Source: Octopus vulgaris (taxonomy: Eukaryota). From it: a DNA stretch of 64,000 bases. Below, piece after piece: positions 14,406 through 25,967 of the stretch (position 1 is the first letter of the stretch; each line of letters opens with the position of its first letter). The stretch is taken from NCBI GenBank assembly GCA_951406725.2, contig OX597815.1, forward strand, positions 11,780,001-11,844,000, written 5' to 3'. The notes under the pieces were generated by a model. The model saw nothing but the letters and a program-made list of their open reading frames with translations, was not told the origin of the DNA and did not search any database. The position numbers and the translations under genes are program-made.

Positions 14406-15927
14406 ATATCTATTATAGACAAACTTGTGGAAGATGGAATCAAACACAACGACATGAAGGAAAAGAATAAAAGAGAGTACCTGCGGCGAGTGAGAAATAT
14501 ATCGGTTGCAAATCTGAATGCCAGAAACATGATTGCGGCAATAAGCTCGTGCGCAGTCGTAGTAGTTCGGTATGGTGCAGGGCGACGAGCTGGCAGATTC
14601 GTTAGCGCGCCGGGCGAAATGCTAAGCGGTATTTCGTCTGCCGTTACGTTGTGAGTTCAAATTCCACCAAGGTCGACTTTGCCTTTCATCCTTTCGGGGT
14701 CGATAAATTAAGCACCAGTTACGCACTGGGGTCGATGTAATCGACTTAATACCTATGCCTGTCCTTGTTCGTCCCCTCTATGTTTAGCCCCTTGTGGGTA
14801 ATAACGAAATAGGTATGGTGCTGCAATCCTAAAGTGGATAGAAGAGGAGCTAAAGGAGATGGACAGAAAATCGAAAGCTAACAATGCATAGAGCCCATCA
14901 TCCAGGCGTAGTCACCGATCGCCTATACAGGAAGAAAGCAAATGGAGAAAGGGGACTGATAAGTGTGGGTGACTGCGTGCGTATTGAACTCGTGATCTTT
15001 ATGAGATACCTAGCCGAAAGAAAGGAAACCTTGCTAGTGACAGTTAGGAATGAGGGAGGATTGAGAGGAGAAAAAAAAGAGGGAAAACAAAGGAAGAAGT
15101 GCAAAAGGACATGAAGAATTACGCAAGGAGGGACAGCACGATAAATTTCATGTAGCCACTACAGAAATTGCTGGAAAAAACAGGTGGGATCAGTTGAGGA
15201 AAGGAACACTAAAATAAGAGACCGAGAGCACTATACTGGCAGTGCAATACCAAGCTTTGGCCACGAACTGGAGGGTCAACTTAAGAATGAGCAAGTGTCT
15301 CTGCTGTGCCGCATCTGCAATAAACTGGATGAAGCCATTACCCATATCATGAACAAATGCCCTAGGCTCGCCCAAAAGCACTACAATTTGTTACGACAGG
15401 ATCATGTTACGAATGTGCTACATGTGCGAAAAGTGGCGGTTAGAGAGAAGGAAGACGTGGTATGTGCACAAGCCACAAAGTGTGACAGAGTCGGAGACTA
15501 GCAACATCCTCTGGAATTTTGCATTCTTAACAAGCAAGATGCACCACATATGCTATGTGGTTGATGTTACATGTCCCTTTCACCCACGAATAGTAAAGAA
15601 GGAAGGCGAAATGAAGGAGAAATACAACACAGTTAATACGAAAAATCCCGGCTATGGAAAATGAAGAAGGTGAAGGTAGTACAAATTAATGTTGGGTCCT
15701 TGGGGACAGTATGAGAATGCATCAAGAGGAATATAAAGGAAATTGAAATACACTCCCCAGTAGAACTGCTACAAAAGATTTGCCTCCTTGGCACAGCCAG
15801 AATAATCAGCAAAGAATTACAGCAGATAGTTGAAAAGAACGGATAGCATGGCTCTGTGGCCTGGAAGTAGCAAACCCGTTACGCATGCAAGTCTGCAGGA
15901 GCTCCAACAAAACCTGTGATGAAGAGA
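14406..15927 (+). mobile_element. 5'-truncated, decayed R4/Dong-clade non-LTR retrotransposon (end of RT, CCHC knuckle, restriction-like endonuclease)
   Basis: IKHNDMKEKNKREYLRRVR..LNARNMIAAI..VVRYGA; MHRAHHP..DRLY..GERGLISV; LK.ETESTILAVQYQAL; CRICNKLDEAITHIMNKC; WYVHKPQSVTESETSNILWNF; VVDVTCPF..KEGEMKEKY; VGSLGTV; LQKICLLGTARII; many frameshifts; ends in (AAT)n. Confidence 0.88.
14579..14811 (+). mobile_element. SINE family D (Meta-like central domain) inserted in the R4/Dong element
   Basis: GGCGACGAGCTGGCAGA head, GAGTTCAAATTCC B-box, GCCTTTCATCCTTTCGGGGTCGATAAA domain; 10-bp TSD GGTATGGTGC at 14569-14578 and 14812-14821. Confidence 0.92.
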
Positions 15928-15934
15928 AATAATA

Positions 15935-16385
15935 ATAATACTTTCTACTATAGATAGAACGCCTGAAATTTTATATCTACTCTGGACTACGCAGATATTT
16001 AATCTTATTGACACAGAAAGGATGAAAGTCAAAGTCATCGGCGAAATTTGAACTCAGAATATTAAAAGGCGTAAAATATGTCACTAAGATTTTTGTTCAA
16101 CGCGCTAAAGAATTATTTCTCTCTAGGCACATACTTCCCCTAGTTCGCCGTTTTGAAGGGATTTAATAATGGGTTTGAATTTGTGTACAAGACTAGCATG
16201 CTCGGGGAGAGGGCGTAAATCAGTTACATCGACACCAGTGCTCAATTGTTTATAATTTATCCTCAACCAGAAATTATGTAAAGCAAAGTCAACCTGGGTG
16301 GGATTAGAATTCAGAAATTAGGGACGGATGAAATTACGCTAAGTGTTTCCCCGGTATACAAGCGATTCTACCTTTCACCGTCTTG
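15935..16385 (-). mobile_element. Two degenerate family D SINE copies in tandem
   Basis: AAGGATGAAAG.CAAAGTC..ATTTGAACTCAGAA motifs near 16020 and 16280. Confidence 0.6.
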
Positions 16386-17384
16386 GTGATATTCAATAAT
16401 AGCGTGTACACCCTTCAGTAGCATAGCTTACGGTTTCATAGAGAACGCTATATCTATGGAAACCTAAGGAGAGCTATACATTTTTGAATCATTCTTCCCT
16501 GACATAATACTAGTTGTACCTTCAAAATTCTTACTAATTTTCACCGAGGCTGCATTTTCTGGTTTTGGTGAAACATAGATGTAGCTACCACATCTACCTT
16601 ATATACATTATATCTTAAATCGAAAAAGGATAAACAAGATAATAGTACTAGCCTCATGTGAATGGTAACTTTTACAAGTAAACTGAAATCAGTATCAGAG
16701 GATATGTGGTTAACGGAACGATAGAATCACGGACTGGCAAGAATGTCTGAACATCATTTCCTTTCGAACACATTCAATCTTCCCACGACAGTCTTTAATA
16801 TATATATATATATATGTTGTTGTTTTTTACCATTGACTTTCTGTTTGTTTATTACGATGTATTATTTGGCAAAAGTCTTTGAAGATGGAGATGTGCAGCG
16901 TAAGAAAACAAAACTTTGAAGTTTAATATATTAAGAAAAAAACATTATTTTCATCTTAAAATTTATTTTCGTTTCCATATATTGAGTGTCACTTCAGGAA
17001 AATCTCACAAGTGAAATGTAAATAATACGTAAACATTTGTTTGGGTTTGTAAAAATAGATGCATAGATACAAACATACATTCATATATACACTCATACCT
17101 GCAAAAATAAACACACACACACACTGACACAGACACACACACACAGACACGTATATATATATATATATATATATATATCTACATATATATACACATATAT
17201 ATATATATATTAATAGATAGATAGATAGAAACAGATATATTTATATATAGATATGTATATACCTATGCATATACGCATATTTGTATAATTAGGTATAAAA
17301 TATATACAGACATTTTTGTAGTGTTTATATATGATGCACAGATTGTTTTGAATATGTGTATAAATTGTGCTGCTCAGTAAATAG

Positions 17385-17606
17385 TAATAATAATCCTTTC
17401 TACAATAGGTACAAACCTAAAAATCTTGGGAGACAGGAGTAGTCGATTATATCGACCCCAGTTCGTAACTGGTTCTTATTTTCCCGACCCCGAAAGGATG
17501 AAAGGCAAAGACGACCTCGGCGGAATTTGAACTCGGAACGTAACGGCAGACGAAATACCGCTAAACATTCCGCCAGGCGTGTTAACGATTTTGCCATCTC
17601 GCCGCC
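17385..17606 (-). mobile_element. SINE family D, alternative-tail variant
   Basis: Full head and central domain; tail ..TTGTAGAAAGGATTATTA. Confidence 0.88.
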
Positions 17607-20373
17607 TCAGTAGCGAAAATGATAGTAAAAGGTGTGATAGGGAGAGAAAGTGTACTCGATAGAGAAATGTAGAATCACGTGCTATGATTCTAAACTATAT
17701 GTGTAAAATACCGCCATGGTAACAATTTCGTCATTCAGTTCGCATACATCCAGAAATATTCCGCTGTATATGACGATGAAACAACACTACCGAGTCGGCG
17801 ATTTTATACTAGAGACTGAAGTGGAAAGAACTCGGAAGTTGAACGACAGTGAACCTGTTTCTAAATATAAATGCGCGGAAGCAATGTTTTAGCTCGGTGG
17901 CAAACTGTACCGACGTGCGATGTATGCATCTTAGAGAAAGATGGGAAAAAGTAAAAAAATACAGTCTTAGTCAAAAGAGATAACTATCAGTGATATTTTA
18001 TCTCATGGAGTATTGAATTAAGGATAAGTAAAACTAGTTGTACATGTTTAGATTACGCATTTGTTTTATCTTCGGATTTTATAATGATCCTAAAATTTTG
18101 AATAGTGAAATAATTTTAGATCGTTAAATGCTAACGGTCGAAGCTACTGTATGCTTGCTATTGTTATAAGGTTACGATGCACCTATATCGTAATAGAGAT
18201 GATGCAGTTGACTGCACACCGTCTCTTATTAATTAATCTATGGCTTTGCGCAATGATTAAATAGTTTTAGCGTTTGCAATAATGCCCTTCTAAATACACC
18301 GGAACATTTTAAGAGATACAGCAAAAGAAAATTTTGAGAGATGCGTAAGATGTGAGAAAACTGAAAAACAAACAAACAAAATAAAGAAACAAAGCTATAT
18401 TTTATGCAATATATTTGTAATGATAATCTAAAATACAAAAAAATTGACTTTTATTTCTATTATTTAGGCTTCTTAATTTACATATTATTTTATTTATATC
18501 CACATCATGAAACATTTCTTCAGCGAAATAACACTCAACTTCGTTATTACTTCATATTACAATTTGAATAGTAAAGTTTATTCAACTGCTTTCATTTATA
18601 CTATATCCACTGATATTAATTTATCTAGATAAAATTTATACTATTTGCTTACTTGTTTGTTTTTTTATGCTGTAGTTAATTCGAATTTCTGCGGTTTTCG
18701 ATATAAACTAATATTTCTATATTGCCATAAGCAAGTCGGTTGTCAAATTGGCTTACATAACCAATTTTACGTAATGAGATGGGAAGATGGTGGATAGATA
18801 TCCATCAAGCTAATACTTACTTATTAGAATATAATTAATAAAGAATCGCTTGAGGGTTACATATGACAACACACACGTACATATACATGCACATATTTTT
18901 ATGTGTGAGTATATATATATATAAATAAATATGTGTGCATATATATGTACACACATGCACATATATGCATATATACATTTATTAAAACACACACAAACAC
19001 ACACACACTTATATATACATATATATACATATTTACATATTTACATATGCAGATATATAAATATTATATATGTATATACATATACGTGCATATGTATATG
19101 TATTTAAACATACATAAATACATTATATATATATATATATGTATATATATACGTAAAACATGTTGTACGTAATATACATACTGATATACTAAATGACATA
19201 TATAAATAAAATGTGTGTTAGAGTTTAAATACATTCAAATTATAATTTACTGTATGTATTTAATTTATAACTGTCATAATTATAAACAAAACGACTACAA
19301 CACATGAATGATGAATGGTATATTATATGTTTTTTTTTATCGAACCTGGAAGGATGAATTGTAAATTTGATTGCAGAAAGATCCGAACAAGCCACCACCA
19401 AGAAATATCAGATAAAACAGAGCAAAGTATTTTATTCGACTAACTTTCAACTTCGTGAGGAAAACAAAGAAGTATAATTTTTTCCTGATATTAGTACCAT
19501 GATGTAATTTTTAAGGCACAGACAAAATGCTTCATAGAATAACATTACAGCATGGGTAATAACATTATGAGTTTAACAAGTGTCAATGTCAGCTCTTGCT
19601 TAATATGACTCCCCTATGGATAAATAAAACTATCACTCAAATCATGGGGCAATTTTAATCGACTGCCTTAGCGCAAAATATTGCGACCTCGTTCCTGTTT
19701 TAAATATTATTTCTAATATTATTATCATTTTTTTACTGATTATTACCGTTTTTACAACAGTTTAATGCCAAATTCTGTTACCAGGTGATTTCTTCCTTAG
19801 CTTCGCCACGTTAAAGAGATAAAAGAATAATGTATACCGGAATAACATGGCGGTCTACCGCAAGGAAAAATATAGAATGATTAGAATTTTCTGGGGGACA
19901 AATTCATTGATTGAATCATTGGTTAGATCTGAATCACAATCACACTAAAGTATTAGATTGGGACTGGATTTGAACCGACACACCTGGAGTTCGTCATATT
20001 TCTATGTTTTTACTTCTTTAAGAAAAAGAGGGGTGTGGATAAATTCTTGCGCTGTTTGCGTTTACTATATTTATAATACGACTTCGTGTGTTGTGTTAAA
20101 TTTTGCGTCAAAAAATATTCCTAGTCAGTTGGGCTTGACAAAAATTATATTTGCGAACTGAGTTGGAGAATTATGATACATAGGTCTTATATTTCTACGT
20201 TCCTATTTACAGAATTATTTGAAAATTATATGGATGAAACCATAAGATAAATAATAAACTTTGCAATACAATACCATTTCCAAGTATAAAATCCGAGGAG
20301 TGTATACATACACGTATAAATACATGTATACATATACATGCATATATACAACGCACAAACATACAGGCGCACA

Positions 20374-20770
20374 TCTTTATATATAAAAGAGAGGTTGTGT
20401 GCTGTCTGTCTCCTACGATTTAGATTCCTAACCACTCCCACATTTTGCGATGCAGTTTAACCAAAACCGGGTATCTTATAGTCGTGATTCATATCGAGCC
20501 CTTCTGGGTATTAGCGCGCGTCTACGATGCGTCTACGATTTAAAAAAAAATTACCATCAATTTTTCCCATTTTTAATGCATTTTTGGCATATATAAGGGA
20601 AGTAACTCTCTAAAAATTTATTATTAAATCTCAGAACGTAAAATGCAACAGTAACAGCCCCCGCCCTTTGTGGTTAGCTATATTGAGATGGCTATTATAC
20701 TTTACATCTCTAAAAATGCTTATATAGTTATTTCCCTTACAAACCCGAGCAACGCGGGCGATACTGCTAG
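20374..20770 (+). mobile_element. Non-autonomous Helitron
   Basis: 5' TC(TTTATATATAAAA), 3' subterminal hairpin CCCG..GCAACGC.GGG then CTAG; inserted between A and T; 3' end shared with 55040-55423. Confidence 0.8.
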
Positions 20771-20799
20771 TATATGTATATATGCGAAAGAGTAATATG

Positions 20800-20925
20800 A
20801 ATTCTTTTCTACTTTAGGCACAAGGCCCGAAAGTTTTGGGGAGGGGGTCAGTCGATTAGATCGAACCCAGTACGCAAGTGGTACTAACTTTATCGATCCG
20901 AAAGGATGAAAGGCAAAGTCAACGT
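20800..20925 (-). mobile_element. SINE family D 3' fragment
   Basis: CCGAAAGGATGAAAGGCAAAGTC and alternative tail. Confidence 0.75.
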
Positions 20926-21349
20926 AGAGGAAAATATATGGTGATATTAAACATATTCGGTGAGTTGGTTTCGATTAATAGTCAACGGCAATTTATGAAC
21001 TTATGTAACACACTTTAGGAACAATTCAACGCTACAGGGTCAGTTTCTTACACTGAAATTCTGTGCTCCATATCATACGAAATAATGCCCTCCCGTAATG
21101 CGTTGTCTGAAAACGATGTATTAATACTATGATTCAAAACAAGTGCTTATTGTAAACGATCGTAACTAACGTTTCATTAAGTAAAAAACTTCGTCACGAT
21201 ATATTCTACGTTTCAATTGCTGAGTAAATAAATATCTAAAGTAACATGAGAAATGAAAACAGGAGGATAAATCCCTTGCCGAAACTGAGACATCGCTAAG
21301 CATCAGAAGCAACATAAGTTAAGCTATCAAATACCAGTAACAAATTTTA

Positions 21350-21384
<35 letters not shown>

Positions 21385-22477
21385 AATATTTAATCACCTT
21401 ATCCTATTATCTGTTATTGACCTCACCTTATGATATGGAAATTTCTACAGTAATTGCGATATATTACCGGAAGGAAAGTTCTCAATTCTCTCTCATAACA
21501 AAATCCATTTAGTATAATTAACAGTAATGGATCGATATTTAGAGGCAATCAGACATGCACAACATTTGCGACTAATTGGAAACAAATGTGTTCTGCTGAA
21601 GGGTATTGATGGCCGAGATAGTTCTGCAAGTGCCGTTGAAATGTGAAATACTAACCTTTAATTTCATCTTCAAAATCGCGCTCACACGAGTAATTCCTTA
21701 TTCTTACAGATCTCAATGTATAAGATTAAACTCAATATATCTACAAGCAAATTATCTGAAAAGAAAGATCATTTGCAAATAAATTAATTTTTTATTCCCC
21801 ACCCCATCACTTCATTTCCCTCTCATTAAATATACATCTTTATATATGACTATTTGCTTGCGTTTCTTAATTTTAATTATGCACTTTTAAATTGTAGCCT
21901 TGTTTTTAATTTATAAACAATTGCGTTACTCCTGTGAGCCTCTTATTTTCTTTCACACATAATGTAACTATGCTTATACTATTTAAAGTACTTTTTTCAG
22001 CGTGGAATTTGATAGATTTTGAAACTCATAGCATTGAGCACACACACGACCGAAACCTCGATACATACATCAAGTGTATGAGAGGATCTACTTTGCAATA
22101 ACATCTGTGATAGCTCAGCATCCTAGAAGAAGCATCAACGAACCTCTAAAATTGCACTTTGCAAATATAGAAGAAAAACAATGACAACTTTAAAACGGTA
22201 CTCAGCGATTGTGTGAGCACAAAAACATGGTGTGGAGTCGCGGCTAGAAAATCTGCTATCTGACGATACTTAATTCAAATAGCCCGAGATCCAATCATCA
22301 TCAGATCACTCACACTCGTGCACGCTCGTCGTACACACACATATACAAATACACATACATACACACCACACACGCACACATAATCACACACACATATAAT
22401 TTCGGGGCGAATGCTTTTTTTTTTATACAGTAGCGTGTTTTACAATCCTGTAAATGATAATAATGGTATTCTTTTTC

Positions 22478-22733
22478 TATATAAGCTGAAAGATTATAGC
22501 GATCACATTGCAATGACTAAGAAAAATGGACTAATAAAGGGGCATATAAGCCCTCAAAAGAAGGCTTTTCTATCCGCGTGGGACACGAAGCCACATTCCT
22601 TTGTTAACACGACTGTGTTACCACGTGGATAGGAAAGCCTTCTTTTATTCTGTCGAGAGCTTATATACCACTTTATTAGACTATTTTTCCTTAGTCATTG
22701 CACGGTAATCGCCATAAGTTTTAAGCTTATATA
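22478..22733. repeat. Fold-back (MITE-like) element with ~105-120 bp imperfect inverted arms
   Basis: TATATAAGCT..TGCAATGACTAAG..CTAATAAAG..AAAAGAAGGCTTT.CTATCC.CGTGG is mirrored at 22615-22733; TA at both ends. Confidence 0.85.
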
Positions 22734-23235
22734 AAATACACGCAAACATACGTACATACACACTTAGAGCAAATGATTGATACGAAGACAGAGGAGTGTA
22801 TTGGAAACTTTATTTATCACAACTATCGTTTCGGCATTGCTCCCTAGCGAGTGGGGACGAGATAATGAAATTGAATGCATTCCACAATGTAGAAGAAACC
22901 CCATCAGGTGGCGTAATTGGCTTCTAAATTATAAAATTTACATTTCGGTCATAAGTGTAGCTACATGACGTTGGTATTATTGGTATGTTGGTTCTCAAAT
23001 AAAATGATGAAGTAGCATAACTGTGGTGTGTGATCAGCGTTCAGCAAGCAAGGAGTGGTTGATAATAAATACAAGAAATAGAATGCAAAGAATTAAGAGG
23101 TGAGTCACAATGGCTTTGGAATGAAAGCAACACAAAAGTTTGCGGAATCGTTTGATGGCTGGCCATGGCTGTCAAGCGTGACTACGTGTTCGGGAACATG
23201 CTGGCTCACGTCTTTAGACTTGGTGGCACGTATCA

Positions 23236-23268
<33 letters not shown>

Positions 23269-23271
<3 letters not shown>

Positions 23272-23960
23272 TCATCATCATCGTCGTCGTTTAACGTCCG
23301 TTTTGATTGCTGGCATAGGTTGGACGGCTCGACTGTGGGCTGGGAATCCAGGAGGCTGCACCAGATTCCAGTCTGATCTGGCATTATTTCTACTGCTGGA
23401 TGCCCTTCCTAACGCCAACCACTCTTAGAGTGTAGTGGGTGCATTTTATGTGCCACCAACACGGAAGCCAGTCGAGGTGGCGCTGGCATCGACTACATTC
23501 GGAGGCTACGTTTTAGATGTCACGGGCACAGAGGTCACAGCTACAATTTCCATTTGATTTTGATTTTGATGTACTTGCCTCAATAGGTCTCCTGAAGCAC
23601 GGCTTGTCGTCCTACAATCCAAGCTACGTTTGAGTGGGCTGGTTATGTGACACTGGTGTACGTTACAGCTGTGTACTCACTTTATTTACCGTGTCTTCTC
23701 AGTCACACCATATCTCTAGAGGTCTCAGTCTTTTGCCATTGTCCCTGTGAGACCCAACGTTCAAAGATCATGCTTCACCACTTCATTCCACATCTTCTTT
23801 GGTCTTCCTCTACCGCGAATTCCTTCATATCAACGCAAACGTCTCTCTTCCACGCCACATCCAATGCTTCTAATGTAAAACATTTCTCTCAGGGCGCTTA
23901 CACTCTGTCGTGTGTGCACACTGACATTACACGTCCATGCTAGCGATAATACTCTCTGAG
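23269..23960 (-). mobile_element. RTE-clade LINE 3' fragment with 3' UTR and (GAT)n tail
   Basis: Minus translation ..GVEERRLR..RGRGRPKKMWNEVVKHDL*TLGLTGTMAKD*DL*R; GGATGCCCTTCCTAACGCCAACC motif; (CAT)n on the plus strand. Confidence 0.8.
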
Positions 23961-23980
23961 CATCCAACCCCGCTACAGAC

Positions 23981-24146
<166 letters not shown>

Positions 24147-25051
24147 GTGTGTGTGTGTATGCATGTATCTATATATATATATATACTCGCATAATGAAAG
24201 AAGTATGTTTATATGAAAAGAAAAAGGGATAAAATCTCTCTCTCGGTGGGTCTCTGAAATCGAGGGAAGTTTTTCTCCCTCTTCAGTGCCTTACCAAGCC
24301 CTGTTTCTCTCTGCCTCAGAGGCTGAAAACATTCTCAGATGGTGACAGAAGTAACATCGGCGATCACCAGTCAAATTCCCCGCTTATATATTTATATGTT
24401 AATGTGTTATAAACCAAACGAAAAAATAATAATATATATACCATTTTATGTATATGTGTACGTGAAAATGTGCACATCAGTGTCTGGCTCCCTTCTATAC
24501 ACGCTTGCGTAGAATGTGTGTGTACGTGTATGTGCGTGTGTGTGCGCGTGTTTAATAGGTAGATAAATGAAAGACAAATTACGTAATAACTTTTTTCCAC
24601 TTACGTAACGCACTCGCGTAGATATATAACAAACTCCAAAATTGTCATTTAATTCCTGTAGCTTTTTCAATATTAATTCTACACTATTTGAGAAGTAGTA
24701 GATGTGACACTGAGATTCGTTTTCCTAGGAGGTTATTTAACTACTATAAGATGTTTGATCGAAGGAATTTTCGCATTTATAACTTGAATAAAAGAGTGAT
24801 AAAATACTTTGCATCATGAAGATATGCCAAGAAATAACTCTTGTTTTATATTCTTCTGATTGCATTGTAGTAGGGAATGATTTGTGTAAGATTTAGCACT
24901 TACATTGAGTAGGCCCATCTAAAGCAAATTCTCGCTTACTGGCAGATTTGAACCCAAGTAAACTGTGTTCCAGTACAACTGGCCGACGAGAAGAAGGTTT
25001 TCCAGATATTATCGAACCAAATTTATTTTATTCCAGAGTGTATATTGTCTC

Positions 25052-25266
25052 TTTTACTCTTTTACTCTTTTACTTGTTTCAGTCATTTGACTGCGGCCAT
25101 GCTGGAGCAACGCCTTTAGTCGAGCAAATCGACCCCGGAACTTATTCTTTGTAAGCCCAGTACTTATTCTATCGGTCTCTTTTGCCGAACCGCTAAGTGA
25201 CGGGAACGTAAACACACCAGCATCGGTCGTCAGGCGATGTTGGGGGGACAAACACAGACACACAAT

Positions 25267-25310
<44 letters not shown>

Positions 25311-25477
25311 CATATATACGACAGGCTTCTTTCAGTTTCCGTCTACCAAATCCACTCACAAGGCATTGGTCGGCCCGGGGCTATAGCAGAAGACACTTGC
25401 CCAAGATGCCACGCAGTGGGACTGAACCCGGAACCATGTGGTTGGTTTGCAAGCCACTTACCACACAGCCACTCCTG
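25052..25477 (-). mobile_element. SINE family A (young)
   Basis: Near-identical to the copies at 37165, 39080 and 39610. Confidence 0.93.
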
Positions 25478-25909
25478 AGTGTTTTTTCCCATTATTATGT
25501 TATAAAGAATGTGAGCAAAGCTAAGTTAAACTGTTATTTCTAGTGGTTTACCTTACAACATTCCTCCATCTTTTGATCTTGCTTACTCAAATGTTAATCG
25601 TTAATACTCACATTGATAATCAAAAACATTTCAAATATGGTATTTTTGTCCTTTCCAAAATATAAAGGACAGGGAGCTAGAGTATATGCATGAGAATGAG
25701 TGTGAGTGTATGTGTGTGCCGCACATATAAGTATATATACACGCATATGTATGCAAATATACTGTCCGTTTTAATTGGAAAATTCTGTATTTAGCTGAAG
25801 ATTGCTCAACATTTTAAAACTGATGTAATACTTACAGTGTTTAATAAAATGAAGTAGCATGAAGCAATCGTACTACTCTGCCTTGGATATCCTTGTTGCT
25901 TATTTTGAT

Positions 25910-25967
<58 letters not shown>

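Noticed and set aside
13470-14530. Long poly-I/L/K/R ORFs (up to 302 aa)
   Set aside because: Trinucleotide repeat artefacts
25786-25912. CTGAAGA followed by a TTGC.TCA/TGATGTAA stem, near (TA)n
   Set aside because: No GAAA half-core; too degenerate to call a hammerhead
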